From assembly GCA_002753335.1 (NCBI GenBank), contig PEAD01000014.1, positions 1 to 64,000 of the forward strand: DNA of 64,000 nt, written 5' to 3'. This document shows, piece by piece, positions 46,728 through 58,435 of this stretch. The notes below the pieces were generated by a model. The model searched no databases, was not told the DNA's origin, and worked only from the letters and a program-made list of their open reading frames with translations. The stretch's first letter is position 1; each line of letters opens with the position of its first letter. A program made the translations under genes and the position numbers. Source of the DNA: Nitrospirae bacterium MYbin3. GTDB taxonomy: Bacteria > Nitrospirota > Thermodesulfovibrionia > Thermodesulfovibrionales > Dissulfurispiraceae.

Positions 46728-47672
46728 ATGAAAAAAGTTCTGGTGTTTTTCTTTATCTGCGCTGTTTTTTTTGTTCAGAATGTTCAGGCCGCAATCCTGC
46801 TCGATAAAGTCATGGCTATCGTGAACAAAGAGGTTATTACATGGAGCGATCTCTACCGTGCTATGGAGTTTGAGGCTACCAAGCCGGTAAAGGCTATGAA
46901 GGACGAAGAGCGGCGCAGGATTTTCAGAGAAAGCGAAATGATGTTTCTTGAGAAACTTATAGACAAAAGGCTTGTATTGCAGGAGGCCGAAGCACTCAAG
47001 ATAATAGTGAGTGAAGAAGAGGTTAATGGTGCGGTAAAAAATATCATGGACAAATATTCTATGAAAGAAGATGCCTTCAAAGAGGCGATGAAGCGTGAGG
47101 GATTTACCTTGGCTCAGTACCGCAAGAGCCTTGGCGAGCAGATTACAATAGGCCGGCTAGTTGATCATGACGTGCGGAACAAAATTGTGGTTTCTGAAGC
47201 CGAGGTGGATAAATATTTTGCTGACAACCCAAACCTTGCAAAAGAGAGCGAAGGCTACGATCTTAGCCAGATATTCATCAAGAAAACGAACAGCAATGCC
47301 CAGACAGAGGCGAAAGTAAAAGAAATAATGGCCAAGATCAAGGAAGGCAGCTCTTTTGCGGCTGTTGCGCAGCAGTATTCCGAAGACGCTACAGCACGTA
47401 TCGGCGGCAGCCTTGGTTTTATAAAGAAGTCGGAGCTCAGCCCTGAATTTATTAAGGCGCTTGCAACTTTAAAGCCCGGCGAGATGAGCGACCCTTTCTG
47501 GGGTGCTAACGGCATGCACATTTTGTTGGTTAATGAGGTGATGTCTTTTAAAGACCAGAAAGAGCTGCGTAACGCTGTAAAGCAGAAGCTGTTTGAAGAA
47601 AAATTCAACGACCAGTACAAGAACTGGCTCAAAGGCCTTAGGGAAAAGGCTTACGTAGAAATCAGGCTTTAG
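46728..47672 (+). CDS. SurA-like periplasmic chaperone / parvulin PPIase
   Basis: Signal peptide; DKVMAIVN.EVIT, A.QYSED...GGSLG and LREKAYVEI. Confidence 0.85.
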   Translation: MKKVLVFFFICAVFFVQNVQAAILLDKVMAIVNKEVITWSDLYRAMEFEATKPVKAMKDEERRRIFRESEMMFLEKLIDKRLVLQEAEALKIIVSEEEVNGAVKNIMDKYSMKEDAFKEAMKREGFTLAQYRKSLGEQITIGRLVDHDVRNKIVVSEAEVDKYFADNPNLAKESEGYDLSQIFIKKTNSNAQTEAKVKEIMAKIKEGSSFAAVAQQYSEDATARIGGSLGFIKKSELSPEFIKALATLKPGEMSDPFWGANGMHILLVNEVMSFKDQKELRNAVKQKLFEEKFNDQYKNWLKGLREKAYVEIRL

Positions 47673-47685
47673 CCTTCGTATTATT

Positions 47686-48408
47686 GTGGAGGAGAGGCTT
47701 CAGAAAATACTCGCCCGCATGGGCATAGCCTCAAGAAGGAGCGCCGAAGAGATTATAGCCGAAGGCCGGGTTACTGTAAACGGTAAGACCGCGCATATCG
47801 GCATGAAGGCAAATCCTGCCAAAGACCACATCAAGGTTGACGGCAAGCTTCTTATCAGAACAGAACCTCTCGTATATTTTGCGTTCAACAAGCCTCGAGG
47901 CGTTGTAACATCACTCTCCGATCCTGAAGGCAGACCAACAGTAAAAGATTTTCTTAAGGCAATAAAATATAGGGTCTATCCTGTCGGCAGGCTCGATTAT
48001 GATTCGGAAGGTCTTTTGATTATCACTAATGACGGCAATCTTGCAAATGCTGTGATGCATCCGGCAAAAGAGATTGCCAAAACTTATGTTGTCAAGGTTA
48101 AAGGTGTTGTTTCTATTGAAGCGGTAGAGAAGTTGAGAAAAGGCATAAAACTTAGCGATGGTATTACGGCGCCTGCAATCGTAAAAAAAATAAAAGAAAC
48201 CGAAATCAACTCATGGATCGAAATAACCATACATGAAGGCAAGAACAGGCAGGTACGGCGCATGCTCGAAAAGTTGCGCTATGATGTTTTAAAACTGAGA
48301 AGGGTTTCTATAGGTGGGCTTAAGCTCGCAGGCCTTGAATCTGGCGGGCTGAGGCGTTTGACTTCAGAAGAACTGGAGCAGATTAAAGAGGCTGTCGGAT
48401 TAGCGTAG
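47686..48408 (+). CDS. rluB: rRNA pseudouridine synthase (RluB/RsuA family)
   Basis: S4 domain RLQK.LA..G.ASRR; NKPRG, PVGRLDYDSEGL and EGKNRQVRRM. Confidence 0.88.
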   Translation: MEERLQKILARMGIASRRSAEEIIAEGRVTVNGKTAHIGMKANPAKDHIKVDGKLLIRTEPLVYFAFNKPRGVVTSLSDPEGRPTVKDFLKAIKYRVYPVGRLDYDSEGLLIITNDGNLANAVMHPAKEIAKTYVVKVKGVVSIEAVEKLRKGIKLSDGITAPAIVKKIKETEINSWIEITIHEGKNRQVRRMLEKLRYDVLKLRRVSIGGLKLAGLESGGLRRLTSEELEQIKEAVGLA

Positions 48409-48471
48409 TTTTTCAAGTAGCCCCGCCTTTTTGCTATACTATCACGATTTTATTGTCGGAGGAGAAATACT

Positions 48472-50250
48472 ATGTTTAGAGATAGATGGTGCGGAGAGCT
48501 TAGAGAGTCTGATGCAGGTTCGAAGATAAAACTTGCCGGATGGGTATTCAGGCGCAGGGACCACGGCGGGTTGATATTCGTTGACCTGCGCGACAGAACT
48601 GGCTTGACGCAGGTGGTTTTCAGCCCTGATGTTGCTGCAGAAGCCCATGAGCTTGCCCACAGCATCAGAAGCGAGTTTGTTATTTCGGTTTCGGGAGAGC
48701 TGAGAAAAAGGCCTGCAGGTACCGAAAACAATAATATCCCGACCGGAATGGTTGAGCTGTACGCAGAAACTCTGACCGTGTTGAATGAATCGGAGGTTCT
48801 TCCATTCCCGATGGAAGAGGCTGCCGAAGCCACAGAATCTCTTAGGCTCAAGTATCGGTATTTAGACCTGCGCAGACCGGAGCTTCAGAACAATCTTGTT
48901 GTAAGGCACAAGACCACAAAGCTTGTGAGGGACTATCTTGACAGTTTGGGTTTTTTAGAAATAGAAACCCCGATGCTTACGAAATCTACGCCCGAAGGAG
49001 CAAGGGACTATCTTGTTCCGAGCAGGCTTAACCCCGGATATTTCTATGCGCTCCCGCAGTCGCCACAGTTGTTCAAGCAGATACTTATGGTGTCGGGTTT
49101 GGAAAGATATTTTCAGATAGTCAAATGCTTCAGGGACGAGGATCTGCGCGCAGACAGGCAGCCTGAGTTCACGCAGATAGATATGGAGATGTCGTTTGTT
49201 TCTATTGAGGATGTCATCGGAATTGTAGAGGGTATGATAGGCAAGGTGTTCAGCGATGTTCTTGGTGTGCAGGTTCAGACTCCTTTTAAAAAGCTGAGCT
49301 ATGCAGAATCTATGGAAAGGTTCGGCAATGACAAGCCTGACTTAAGGTTCGGCCTTGAGCTTAAAGACATGGCAGACCTTGTTGGACAGAGCAGCTTCAA
49401 GGTTTTTCTCGACGCGCTCGCCTCAGGAGGCCGTGTCAAAGCGATAAACGGCAAAGGCATGGCCGGACTTTCACGCAAAGAGATAGACCTGCTTACTGCA
49501 GAGGCGCAGTCTTTCGGCGCAAAGGGGCTTGCATGGATAAAGGTGAAAAACGGGTTTGAATCGCCGATTACGAAATTTTTCTCCGAAGATATTTTGAAAC
49601 AGATGGCAGAAAGGCTCGAAGCTGTTGAAGGCGATTTGATGATGTTTGTTGCTGATAAGGGAAAAGTGGTAAACGATGTGTTGAGCCGCATGAGGCTTGA
49701 GCTTGGCAAGAGGCTGAATCTTGTTAAAGACAGTTTTGAGTTCGCATGGATAACCGACTTCCCGCTCCTTGAATGGGATGAAGAAGAAGGAAGGTTTGCG
49801 GCAATGCATCATCCTTTCACCTCGCCTGCGGATGACAGCATAGCGCAGATGCTTGCGGGCAGCGCAGCGGACAAACAAGTTCTTGCATCGCTTAAGGCAA
49901 AGGCTTACGACATTGTACTTAACGGCTTTGAGATAGGCGGCGGCAGCATCCGTATTCACCGCAAAGACCTTCAGGCCAAGATGTTAGAACTGCTCGGCAT
50001 ATCTGAAGAAGAGGCAAAAACTAAATTCGGTTTTTTACTTGATGCTCTCGATTTCGGCGCTCCACCGCACGGCGGCATCGCGCTCGGCCTCGACAGGCTT
50101 ATAATGCTGATGGTCGGCGCCCAGTCAATAAGGGACGTAATCGCCTTCCCCAAAACGCAGAAGGCATCCTGCCAAATGAGCGGCGCACCATCGTCCGTAG
50201 CCGCGAAACAGCTCAGGGAACTGCATATTAAAACGGATATTCCGGCGTAG
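48472..50250 (+). CDS. aspS: Aspartate--tRNA(Asp/Asn) ligase
   Basis: [38 protein letters not shown] and GLDR. Confidence 0.97.
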   Translation: MFRDRWCGELRESDAGSKIKLAGWVFRRRDHGGLIFVDLRDRTGLTQVVFSPDVAAEAHELAHSIRSEFVISVSGELRKRPAGTENNNIPTGMVELYAETLTVLNESEVLPFPMEEAAEATESLRLKYRYLDLRRPELQNNLVVRHKTTKLVRDYLDSLGFLEIETPMLTKSTPEGARDYLVPSRLNPGYFYALPQSPQLFKQILMVSGLERYFQIVKCFRDEDLRADRQPEFTQIDMEMSFVSIEDVIGIVEGMIGKVFSDVLGVQVQTPFKKLSYAESMERFGNDKPDLRFGLELKDMADLVGQSSFKVFLDALASGGRVKAINGKGMAGLSRKEIDLLTAEAQSFGAKGLAWIKVKNGFESPITKFFSEDILKQMAERLEAVEGDLMMFVADKGKVVNDVLSRMRLELGKRLNLVKDSFEFAWITDFPLLEWDEEEGRFAAMHHPFTSPADDSIAQMLAGSAADKQVLASLKAKAYDIVLNGFEIGGGSIRIHRKDLQAKMLELLGISEEEAKTKFGFLLDALDFGAPPHGGIALGLDRLIMLMVGAQSIRDVIAFPKTQKASCQMSGAPSSVAAKQLRELHIKTDIPA

Positions 50251-50256
50251 GAAATC

Positions 50257-50523
50257 TATCAATAGGGATATCCTTCTGTTCAGGACTGATTCGGCGCAGG
50301 GTAACCGCTTTTCATTATTCGCGATTAGTCCGTTGCGGCAATCCTGAAAGTTCTTTCTGATATTTTTCTTTGCGCTCCATTACAGGCTAACGGGCAGGGC
50401 GTTACCTGCCCATCGGATAACCCAGACGCTCATTGCTGAAAAGCAGTTGCCACACGCCTGTGGAGTATTGAGCCTGTTCTCTCCAAACTCCGCATTCACT
50501 ACAGCAACTTATCCCTATTGATA
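50257..50523. mobile_element. Putative MITE or structured ncRNA bounded by 14-bp perfect inverted repeats
   Basis: TATCAATAGGGATA (50257-70) / TATCCCTATTGATA (50510-23); several internal stems. Confidence 0.5.
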
Positions 50524-50557
50524 ATGGTTTGGTTTTTTTAGTTTTTATTGCTTCCGT

Positions 50558-50587
50558 TTGACAAAAAAACCGCTTGGACGTTAGACT
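50558..50587 (+). promoter_or_regulatory. Putative sigma70 promoter of tig
   Basis: TTGACA-18 bp-TAGACT, about 50 bp upstream of the start. Confidence 0.5.
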
Positions 50588-50636
50588 AAACATTCTGTTT
50601 TTAATGAGATTTATCAAATTTTCAGGAGGATAAACC

Positions 50637-51893
50637 GTGTTAAAGTCTTGCGAGGATGTTTCATCAACAAAAAAACGGCTGCAGATAGAGATACCTGCCG
50701 ATCAGATAGAGGCCGAGATCAAAAAAGCGCTTCAGGGATTGCAGCAAAAGGCTAAGATGCCCGGATTCAGGCCCGGCAAGACTCCGATGAGCATGATAGA
50801 AAAGAAGTTCGGCAAGGACGTTGAGGCTGAAGCGCTCGACAAACTGGTGCCTGACCACTACATCAGCGCTCTTAAAGAGGCGAATCTTACGCCGGTTACC
50901 AAACCCGAGATGGAGTCGAAGTTCGATTTCAAGAGAGGCGAAGCGATTTCTATGACGATTTCGGTTGAGGTAAGGCCGAAAGTCGAGAATCTTCAGTATG
51001 AGAACATTGCCGTAAAAGATGTTCCGGTTGAAGTTGCTGACTCAGAAATCGAGGATGTCATAAAGAATCTTGCTGAAGAAAAAGCCACGTTTGAATCTTC
51101 TGAAGAGCCGATTTTATCCGGCGATCTGGTTACGGTTGATTATACCGCGATCGAGGACGGCGGACAGGACCCGACAATCTCTAAAGACGCTGTTTTCAAG
51201 ATAGACAACGGTCCGTTTCCTGAAGAGTTTTTTAATGCGTTAAAGGGTAAGAAAAAAGATGATGCGTTTGAGATGGAAGTTTCGTTTCCGGAAGAACCTA
51301 AAACAGCTTTTTCGGGGAAGAAGGTTAAGTTTGACGGCACTATAAAAGAGTCTAAAAAACGTAGCCTTCCTGCAATAGACGACGAACTTGCAAAAGATAT
51401 AGGTTTTGAGAGCCTTCAGGCTTTGCGGGATAAAATAAAAGAAAACCTGCTTGCCGCAAAAAACAGGGAAGTCGATGCTGTTAAGCAGCGGGAGATTCTG
51501 GACAAACTTCTTGAGACGCACAGTTTTGATCTTCCTGAAGGGCTTGTTAAGGCAGAGGTTGCACAGATTGTAGGTGATATAAAAACAGCAAAAAAAGACG
51601 AGCGCGCCGAGGATGTGATAGCTCAAGAAGTTCTCCCGGATGCCGAGCGCAGGGTCAAAGGCTCGCTGCTGCTTGATATTATAGGCGAGAAGGAAGGCGT
51701 TACCGTAAAAGAGGATGAGCTTAAGCGTGAGGTTGTTTCTATAGCGCAGCGGTTTTATATAGCGCCTGATGCTGTTGTGAAGTTCTATGTTGACCGCGAT
51801 GGCTCACTTGACGGGCTTAAGCATATAGTTTTCGAGAAAAAGGTATTGAAAGTTCTTCTCGACAAGTCTCAGACTGTGAAAGGGGAGGCGTAA
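50637..51893 (+). CDS. tig: Trigger factor
   Basis: PGFRPGK signature; FKBP-like middle domain; upstream of clpP. Confidence 0.94.
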   Translation: MLKSCEDVSSTKKRLQIEIPADQIEAEIKKALQGLQQKAKMPGFRPGKTPMSMIEKKFGKDVEAEALDKLVPDHYISALKEANLTPVTKPEMESKFDFKRGEAISMTISVEVRPKVENLQYENIAVKDVPVEVADSEIEDVIKNLAEEKATFESSEEPILSGDLVTVDYTAIEDGGQDPTISKDAVFKIDNGPFPEEFFNALKGKKKDDAFEMEVSFPEEPKTAFSGKKVKFDGTIKESKKRSLPAIDDELAKDIGFESLQALRDKIKENLLAAKNREVDAVKQREILDKLLETHSFDLPEGLVKAEVAQIVGDIKTAKKDERAEDVIAQEVLPDAERRVKGSLLLDIIGEKEGVTVKEDELKREVVSIAQRFYIAPDAVVKFYVDRDGSLDGLKHIVFEKKVLKVLLDKSQTVKGEA

Positions 51894-51894
51894 C

Positions 51895-52500
51895 ATGAGC
51901 ATTGTTCCGATAGTAATAGAGCAGACAGGAAGGACCGAGAGAGTTTATGACATCTATTCAAGACTGCTGAAAGACAGAATAATCTTTATAGGTACCGCGA
52001 TAGATGATCATGTTGCCAATGTTGTAATCGCGCAGCTCCTATTTCTTCAAACAGAAGACCCCGAAAAGGACATTCATATCTATATTAATTCTCCGGGAGG
52101 AGTTGTATCTGCAGGCCTCGCAATTTACGACACCATGCAGTATGTAAAGCCTTCTATCGCGACTTACTGCATAGGGCAGGCCGCCAGCATGGGCGCGCTT
52201 TTGCTATGCGCCGGATCTAAGGGCAAGAGGTTTGCTCTTCCTCATTCAAGGATTATGATACACCAGCCCACGGGCGGGTTTTATGGGCAGGCGACCGACA
52301 TAGCTATACATGCAAAAGAAATCCTTAAGCTTAAGGAAACTCTGAATGGTATAATGTCAAAACATTCTGGACAGGACATCGAAAAAGTAAGGGCCGATAC
52401 AGAGCGCGACTTTTTTATGTCGGGTGATGATGCCAAGGTGTATGGAATTGTTGATGATGTGATTTCTGCTGTAAAAGAAACAAAAACGGACAAACAATAG
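51895..52500 (+). CDS. clpP: ATP-dependent Clp protease proteolytic subunit
   Basis: [24 protein letters not shown] and MIHQP. Confidence 0.98.
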   Translation: MSIVPIVIEQTGRTERVYDIYSRLLKDRIIFIGTAIDDHVANVVIAQLLFLQTEDPEKDIHIYINSPGGVVSAGLAIYDTMQYVKPSIATYCIGQAASMGALLLCAGSKGKRFALPHSRIMIHQPTGGFYGQATDIAIHAKEILKLKETLNGIMSKHSGQDIEKVRADTERDFFMSGDDAKVYGIVDDVISAVKETKTDKQ

Positions 52501-52535
52501 AAACTATCCGGCGTTTAGCCGGTGCGGAGGCTTTA

Positions 52536-53783
52536 GTGGCAAGGAAATCCAGCGAAAATATTTTGAAATGTTCATTCTGCGGCAAAGGGCAGGATGAGGT
52601 TAAAAAGCTTATAGCCGGGCCTTCTGTTTATATCTGCAATGAATGTGTAGGGCTCTGCAACGATATAATCGAAGAGGATCAGCAGACTCAGGGCAAGGCG
52701 CCTGGGAAAAAGCTTCCCAATCCTCAGGAAATACACAAGTTTCTTAACGAGCATGTTGTCGGGCAGGAGAGGGCCAAGAAGGTGCTCTCTGTTGCGGTTC
52801 ATAACCATTACAAGAGGATTTTTAGAGGCGCTAAATTAAGCGTAGAATTGCAAAAGAGCAATATACTGCTTATCGGACCAACCGGCACAGGCAAGACGTT
52901 TCTGGCGCAGACGCTTGCGCGGCTGCTTGATGTGCCATTTACGATAGCTGATGCCACAACCCTTACCGAGGCGGGATATGTGGGCGAAGATGTTGAGAAT
53001 GTTCTGCTGAAACTTCTGCAGGCTGCAGAGTACGATGTGGAGCGTGCACAGCGCGGCATAGTTTATATTGATGAGATAGACAAGATAAGCAGAAAGTCCG
53101 ACAGCCCTTCTATTACGAGGGATGTTTCGGGTGAGGGTGTTCAGCAGGCGCTGTTGAAGATTATAGAAGGAACCGTTGCTAATATCCCTCCTCAGGGCGG
53201 CAGAAAGCATCCTCAGCAGGAATATATACAGCTTGATACCACGAATGTCCTGTTTATATGCGGCGGTGCGTTTGTAGGCCTCGAGAAGGTTATAGAGCAG
53301 AGGATAGGAAAGAGGAGCATAGGATTTGGCTCGGAAGCAAAGGCCGAAAAAATAAAATCTGCATCGGCTTCAGGAATATGGGGGCTGACCGAACCTGAAG
53401 ATCTTATAAAATTTGGCCTGATACCTGAGTTTGTGGGCAGGCTGCCTGTAGTTGCTACTCTCGAAGAACTTGACGAATCTGCTCTGATAAAGATATTGAC
53501 CGAGCCGAAGAACTCGCTTGTAAAGCAGTATCAGCAGCTTTTTCAGCTCGACAATGTGAAGCTGAAATTCACCGAGGCTGCGCTTGCCGCTGTTGCGAAA
53601 AAGGCGCTCGACCGCAAGACCGGTGCGAGAGGCCTGCGCGCAATACTTGAAGATGCGATGCTTGATACCATGTACGAGATTCCTTCAAAGAAGGGCATTG
53701 TAGAGTGTGTTATAAACGAAGAAGCGGTGCTGAACAAAGAAATGCCGCTGATTGTTTACGAGAAGCAGGCAGAGTCGGCCTGA
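52536..53783 (+). CDS. clpX: Clp protease ATP-binding subunit ClpX
   Basis: CSFCGK zinc domain; [19 protein letters not shown] loop and GARGLR. Confidence 0.98.
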   Translation: MARKSSENILKCSFCGKGQDEVKKLIAGPSVYICNECVGLCNDIIEEDQQTQGKAPGKKLPNPQEIHKFLNEHVVGQERAKKVLSVAVHNHYKRIFRGAKLSVELQKSNILLIGPTGTGKTFLAQTLARLLDVPFTIADATTLTEAGYVGEDVENVLLKLLQAAEYDVERAQRGIVYIDEIDKISRKSDSPSITRDVSGEGVQQALLKIIEGTVANIPPQGGRKHPQQEYIQLDTTNVLFICGGAFVGLEKVIEQRIGKRSIGFGSEAKAEKIKSASASGIWGLTEPEDLIKFGLIPEFVGRLPVVATLEELDESALIKILTEPKNSLVKQYQQLFQLDNVKLKFTEAALAAVAKKALDRKTGARGLRAILEDAMLDTMYEIPSKKGIVECVINEEAVLNKEMPLIVYEKQAESA

Positions 53784-53798
53784 TTATTACACTGCCCG

Positions 53799-54230
53799 TC
53801 AGGATATAGAGCTTCTTATCAGGCTTCTGAATGCGTCTGCAAGTTCAGGGTCTTTAATTTCTGATAAATTTTCTTCTACCCAGCGCGATTCGTCTTCGGT
53901 AAGCTCACGTCTGTTTTTAGTAGGTGGTTGAGGGGCATGTTTCTGTATTTTTTCATTGATTCGTCCCTGCCTGAAGCGCACTGTTTTTACTCCGTAACCC
54001 GCAAGCTTTCCGATAATCTCATTTTTGAAAAAAGTCAGCTGTTGAAGCCATACAGGAGAATCGACCGTTATCAACAGCTCTCCTCGGTTAAGGTCCGAGG
54101 GAAAGGTGTGAAGAGACATAGGTTCGAGGAAGAGCCGATCCCATCCCGTCCTCATCTTTTCGAGTTTTAGTTTTTCTTCAAAACCTAAAACGTCAAAAAT
54201 GGAGTTGAGGATCGGACCAACCTTCTTCAT
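53799..54230 (-). CDS. DUF721 / DciA-family protein
   Basis: W..L....S.HT.P..L..G.L.I.VDSPVW.QQL.F.K..I pattern. Confidence 0.72.
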   Translation of the reverse strand: MKKVGPILNSIFDVLGFEEKLKLEKMRTGWDRLFLEPMSLHTFPSDLNRGELLITVDSPVWLQQLTFFKNEIIGKLAGYGVKTVRFRQGRINEKIQKHAPQPPTKNRRELTEDESRWVEENLSEIKDPELADAFRSLIRSSIS

Positions 54231-54259
54231 TTTTTTGGGGCTTTAGAAATCAGACATTG

Positions 54260-54448
54260 TTAAGCAGCTTTAATCACCTTCCGTGATCTGATGCAACGCG
54301 TACAGACATGAACTTTTTTAGCAGCTCCTCCGATAGATATCCGTATGCGCTGAACATTCGGTAGTAACGCTCTTTTTGTTTTGTTGTTTGCGTGGCTGAC
54401 GTTGTTGCCCACGGTTTTCTTTTTGCCGCAAATTGAACATGATGCCAT
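54260..54448 (-). CDS. rpmB: 50S ribosomal protein L28 (Cys-containing form)
   Basis: [18 protein letters not shown]...PN ... VCTRC. Confidence 0.96.
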   Translation of the reverse strand: MASCSICGKKKTVGNNVSHANNKTKRALLPNVQRIRISIGGAAKKVHVCTRCIRSRKVIKAA

Positions 54449-54557
54449 GGTAATTACCTCCTTCCTTCATTGCATAAAAAAAGTCTTTTATGATAACATT
54501 TTAAGATTCTTGTGACAAGTTCCCTATTGTTGTAGTTAATTCTGAGAGGAGAATCGG

Positions 54558-57092
54558 ATGTCCGAACATGAAATAAAAAGTACCGAGCTTGCTAAAGAAC
54601 TTGGGGTAAAATCCACCGAGGTCATAACCGCGCTCGGAGAGTTGAGGCATATTCCGTACAAAAAAGGCACCACAAACATAAAGATGGCTACGGACGAGGC
54701 GGACAAGCTGAGGGCTGTATTTAAAGCAAGAAAAGCTGCCGAGCCAGAAAAGAAGGCACCCAAGACACCAGCAAAGACGTCGGCGGCAAAAGAGCCGAAG
54801 AAGGAAAAGCCTGCAGTCAAGAAAGAAAAACCTGAAAAAGCAAAGACTGAAGCAGAAACTCTTCAAAAGACCGAGAAGCCTCAGGCGGCGGTTAAGCCTA
54901 AAGCTAAACCACAGGCTGAAGAAAAAGCTGTTGAGGTTAAAGAGGTTAAAAAGGATGCTGCGCCGGCGCCTAAGCCCAAGCATTTGCATCCGCCCAAGCC
55001 CAAACCGATTATTTTAAAGCCGACAGGTGAATCTCAGGCTCCTTCGATCACAATTCCGGAATCTCTGATTATGCTTGATGAGCCCGAAGTTGTTATAGAG
55101 GCTCCGGTTGTTGTAACGCCTTATGAAGAGGCGGAGCTGAAGGTTCCGGACAAGTTCAAAAAAGACATCGAGGTCGAAAAGCTAGAAAAGTTTAAGGCAA
55201 AGCCTGGGATGCAGAAGGCTTTCCAGACCATAAAGAAGATAGAGCCTAAAAAATGGGCAGACCCCAAGCAGCATAAAAAGTTCAAGGACAAACACAGGAG
55301 AATCGAGCCGGTAATTCCACCCCCTATAACAGCGCCGAGAAAAAAATCTATAAAGCTGGAAGAAGGTACAACAGTAAAGGCATTTGCGGATCTTATCGGA
55401 ACAAAACTTTCTGATGTGATAAAAAAGTTCATGGAATTGGGATATATGCCCACCCTTAATCAGCCGGTTGATATGGACGCGGCGATACTCATTGCCGGTG
55501 GATTCGGTATGAAGGTTGAGATGGTTACGGCTGAGCAGGCCGATATCATAGAAGATATTGTTGATGACGCGTCGGAGCTGCTTCCGAGGCCCCCGGTTGT
55601 CACGATTATGGGGCATGTTGACCACGGCAAGACCTCACTATTAGACGCTATAAGAGAAACTAAGGTAACAGAAACCGAGGCTGGCGGAATTACGCAGCAT
55701 ATCGGCGCTTACAAGATTTCCCTTCAGGGCAAGGACATCACATTCCTCGACACCCCAGGCCATGAGGCCTTTACTGCGCTGAGGGCAAGGGGTGCAAAGG
55801 TTACCGATATAGTCGTGCTTGTAGTTGCGGCTGACGACAGCGTAATGCCGCAGACCATAGAGGCGATAGACCATGCAAAGGCCGCAAATGTTCCGATTGT
55901 GGTTGCGGTTAATAAAGTGGACAAACCTGATGCAAACCCTACAAGAGTAAGAAACGAGCTTTCTGAACACGGTGTCATCTCTGAAGATTGGGGCGGACAT
56001 AATATTTTTGTGGAGGTTTCTGCCAAACAGCGCACAGGCATAGAGCATCTTCTCGAGATGATACTGCTTCAGGCAGAGGTTATGGATCTGAAGGCCAATC
56101 CAAACAGGCTGGCAAGAGGCACCGTAATTGAGGCCAAGCTTGATAAGGGCAGGGGGCCTGTTGCCACTGTGCTTATACAATCAGGCACGCTGAAGGGCGG
56201 AGACGCCTTTGTTGCAGGTATTACGTCCGGCAGGGTCAGGGCTCTGATTAGCGATACCGGCAAAAAGCTGCACGAGGCAGGGCCTTCAACGCCTATTGAG
56301 GTTATCGGTTTTGCCGAGGTGCCGGCAGCTGGCGACACTTTTGTAAGCCTGGATGATGAGAAGAAGGCGCGTCAGGTTGCGCTTGCGAGGCTTCAGAAGC
56401 AGCGGCTTTCGGACATCGCCAAGCACAGGAAGCTTACTCTTGACGAGCTCTACGCAAAGATAAAGGAAGGCCAGATAAAAGAGTTGAACATCATCATAAA
56501 GGGAGATGTTCAGGGCTCTGTCGAGGCGTTAAAACAGTCGCTTGAAGGGATAACCCATCCCGAGGTCAAGGTTCGCGTTATCCACACCGGCGTTGGCGGT
56601 ATCAAGGAATCGGACGTCATGCTGGCTGCAGCATCAAATGCGATAGTTATCGGATTCAACGTCCGTCCGGAGCTTAAGGCCTCGCAGATAGCAGAGAAGG
56701 AGGGCGTTGATCTCAGGCTTTACAATATCATTTATGTGGCTATAGAGGATGTGAGGAAGGCTCTCGCAGGAATGCTCGAACCGACACTCAAAGAAAAGGT
56801 GCTCGGCAGGGCAGAAGTCAGGCAGACGTTCAGTGTTTCGAGGCTTGGAACTATTGCAGGCTGCTATGTGCTTGACGGCATGATAAGCAGGGCAAGCGAA
56901 GGTGTGCGGGTAATAAGAGACAACATTGTTGTGTATGAAGGCAAGCTCGATTCTTTGAAGCGATTCAAGGAAGATGTGAAGGAAGTCCAAACCGGCTACG
57001 AATGCGGAATAATGATCGCCAATTTCAACGATTTGAAGAATGGCGATATTATCGAAAATTACATAATCGAGAAGATAGCCGCAAAACTCTGA
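54558..57092 (+). CDS. infB: Translation initiation factor IF-2
   Basis: [31 protein letters not shown] and NKVD. Confidence 0.98.
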   Translation: MSEHEIKSTELAKELGVKSTEVITALGELRHIPYKKGTTNIKMATDEADKLRAVFKARKAAEPEKKAPKTPAKTSAAKEPKKEKPAVKKEKPEKAKTEAETLQKTEKPQAAVKPKAKPQAEEKAVEVKEVKKDAAPAPKPKHLHPPKPKPIILKPTGESQAPSITIPESLIMLDEPEVVIEAPVVVTPYEEAELKVPDKFKKDIEVEKLEKFKAKPGMQKAFQTIKKIEPKKWADPKQHKKFKDKHRRIEPVIPPPITAPRKKSIKLEEGTTVKAFADLIGTKLSDVIKKFMELGYMPTLNQPVDMDAAILIAGGFGMKVEMVTAEQADIIEDIVDDASELLPRPPVVTIMGHVDHGKTSLLDAIRETKVTETEAGGITQHIGAYKISLQGKDITFLDTPGHEAFTALRARGAKVTDIVVLVVAADDSVMPQTIEAIDHAKAANVPIVVAVNKVDKPDANPTRVRNELSEHGVISEDWGGHNIFVEVSAKQRTGIEHLLEMILLQAEVMDLKANPNRLARGTVIEAKLDKGRGPVATVLIQSGTLKGGDAFVAGITSGRVRALISDTGKKLHEAGPSTPIEVIGFAEVPAAGDTFVSLDDEKKARQVALARLQKQRLSDIAKHRKLTLDELYAKIKEGQIKELNIIIKGDVQGSVEALKQSLEGITHPEVKVRVIHTGVGGIKESDVMLAAASNAIVIGFNVRPELKASQIAEKEGVDLRLYNIIYVAIEDVRKALAGMLEPTLKEKVLGRAEVRQTFSVSRLGTIAGCYVLDGMISRASEGVRVIRDNIVVYEGKLDSLKRFKEDVKEVQTGYECGIMIANFNDLKNGDIIENYIIEKIAAKL

Positions 57093-57117
57093 TTCAGCCT
57101 CACCGAACGAGGGAATT

Positions 57118-57477
57118 ATGCATCCTTATAAAAGATCGCAGCGCCTCAGCATACTGCTCCGCGAAGAAATAGCGGATATCATCATGAGAAGAGTCAAAGA
57201 TCCCCGCCTAGGTTTTGTAACGGTTACGGATGTAGGCCTTTCGGAAGACTTGAAAATCGCCAAGGTTTACGTAAGCATACTGAACGAAAATGAGAAGGAT
57301 TTGACCCTGGAGATATTGAACGGGGCACGAGGCAGCATCAGGTCAGAAGTTGCCAAGCGTGTCAGGACAAAGTTTATTCCTGTCATAGAGTTCAGAATTG
57401 ACGAATCAGTGGCCACCGGCGAGAGGATAGACAAACTGCTTAGAGAGATAAAGGAGAAGAGTGAAACCGCCGATTGA
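57118..57477 (+). CDS. rbfA: Ribosome-binding factor A
   Basis: KDPRLGFVTVT.V.LS.DL..AKVYVS; follows infB. Confidence 0.95.
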   Translation: MHPYKRSQRLSILLREEIADIIMRRVKDPRLGFVTVTDVGLSEDLKIAKVYVSILNENEKDLTLEILNGARGSIRSEVAKRVRTKFIPVIEFRIDESVATGERIDKLLREIKEKSETAD

Positions 57478-58435
57478 ACTTCTGGATTTTCTTAAAACCG
57501 AAGACCGGTTTGTTATTGCAACGCATATAAACCCGGACGGAGACGGCATCGGCTCGGCAATTGCGCTTTCTGAAGCGCTTAAACAAATGGGCAAGCGCAC
57601 ACTGCTGCTTTGCAGGGACGCAGTTCCTTACATATGCAAATACCTGCCGGGCAGCGACAGATTTTTTACATACGAAACCGTAAAAACAGCGGCTGCTGAT
57701 ATATCTTCCTATAAGAATCTTATACTTGTTGACTGCAACCATCCTTCACGCACAGGCATGGACAAGGTGAATGATATACCCTTCGATATCCGCAAATCGG
57801 CCGTAATAGACCACCATGAAACTGACAGGGACTATGGAGACATCAGATGGATAAACCGTGAAGCACCGGCAACCGCCATGATGATCTACGACCTTCTGAA
57901 AGAGCTTGGTACTCGGATGAGCAAGGATATCGCGGACAATATATATGCCGGCATACTGGTTGATACCGGCAACTTCAGGCATGACAACACTTCTGCCGAG
58001 GTGCTGCGCATCGCCGCAGACCTTGTGGATGCCGGAGCCCAGCCGACCCAGGCCTACCGGTCACTTTTTGAGTCATGGTCCAACGGACGCTTTCTGCTTT
58101 TTATAAAAACCCTAGACACCATGGAAATAAAAGATGGCATTGCAATGGTCACTATTACTAAGAAGATGTTTGAAGAAACAGGAACCACTGCCGATGACAC
58201 CGAGAACTTTGTGGAGTTCCCACGCATAATGAAAGATATCAACGTATCTGTTTTCTTGAGAGAGATGGATTCTGACGGCTATAAAGTAAGCCTAAGATCA
58301 AAAGGCGGCTTTAATGTGGCCAAGATCGCTGCCGAGTTCGGCGGCGGGGGGCATAAGAATGCGGCGGGCTGCACGGTCAAGGGAGATCTTCAGACCGCAA
58401 AGAGAGAGATCCTCAGCCGGATAAAAGCGTCGTAA
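57461..58435 (+). CDS. nrnA: DHH/DHHA1 phosphoesterase (NrnA family)
   Basis: HINPDGD, DHH, DTGNF, SLRS and GGGGHKNAAG. Confidence 0.9.
   Translation: MKPPIELLDFLKTEDRFVIATHINPDGDGIGSAIALSEALKQMGKRTLLLCRDAVPYICKYLPGSDRFFTYETVKTAAADISSYKNLILVDCNHPSRTGMDKVNDIPFDIRKSAVIDHHETDRDYGDIRWINREAPATAMMIYDLLKELGTRMSKDIADNIYAGILVDTGNFRHDNTSAEVLRIAADLVDAGAQPTQAYRSLFESWSNGRFLLFIKTLDTMEIKDGIAMVTITKKMFEETGTTADDTENFVEFPRIMKDINVSVFLREMDSDGYKVSLRSKGGFNVAKIAAEFGGGGHKNAAGCTVKGDLQTAKREILSRIKAS

Noticed and set aside
50251..50636. tRNA cluster often found upstream of tig; also the 71-aa minus-strand ORF
   Set aside because: No T-loop GTTC(G/A)A motif or cloverleaf; the ORF lacks an RBS or recognisable motif and crosses the tig promoter
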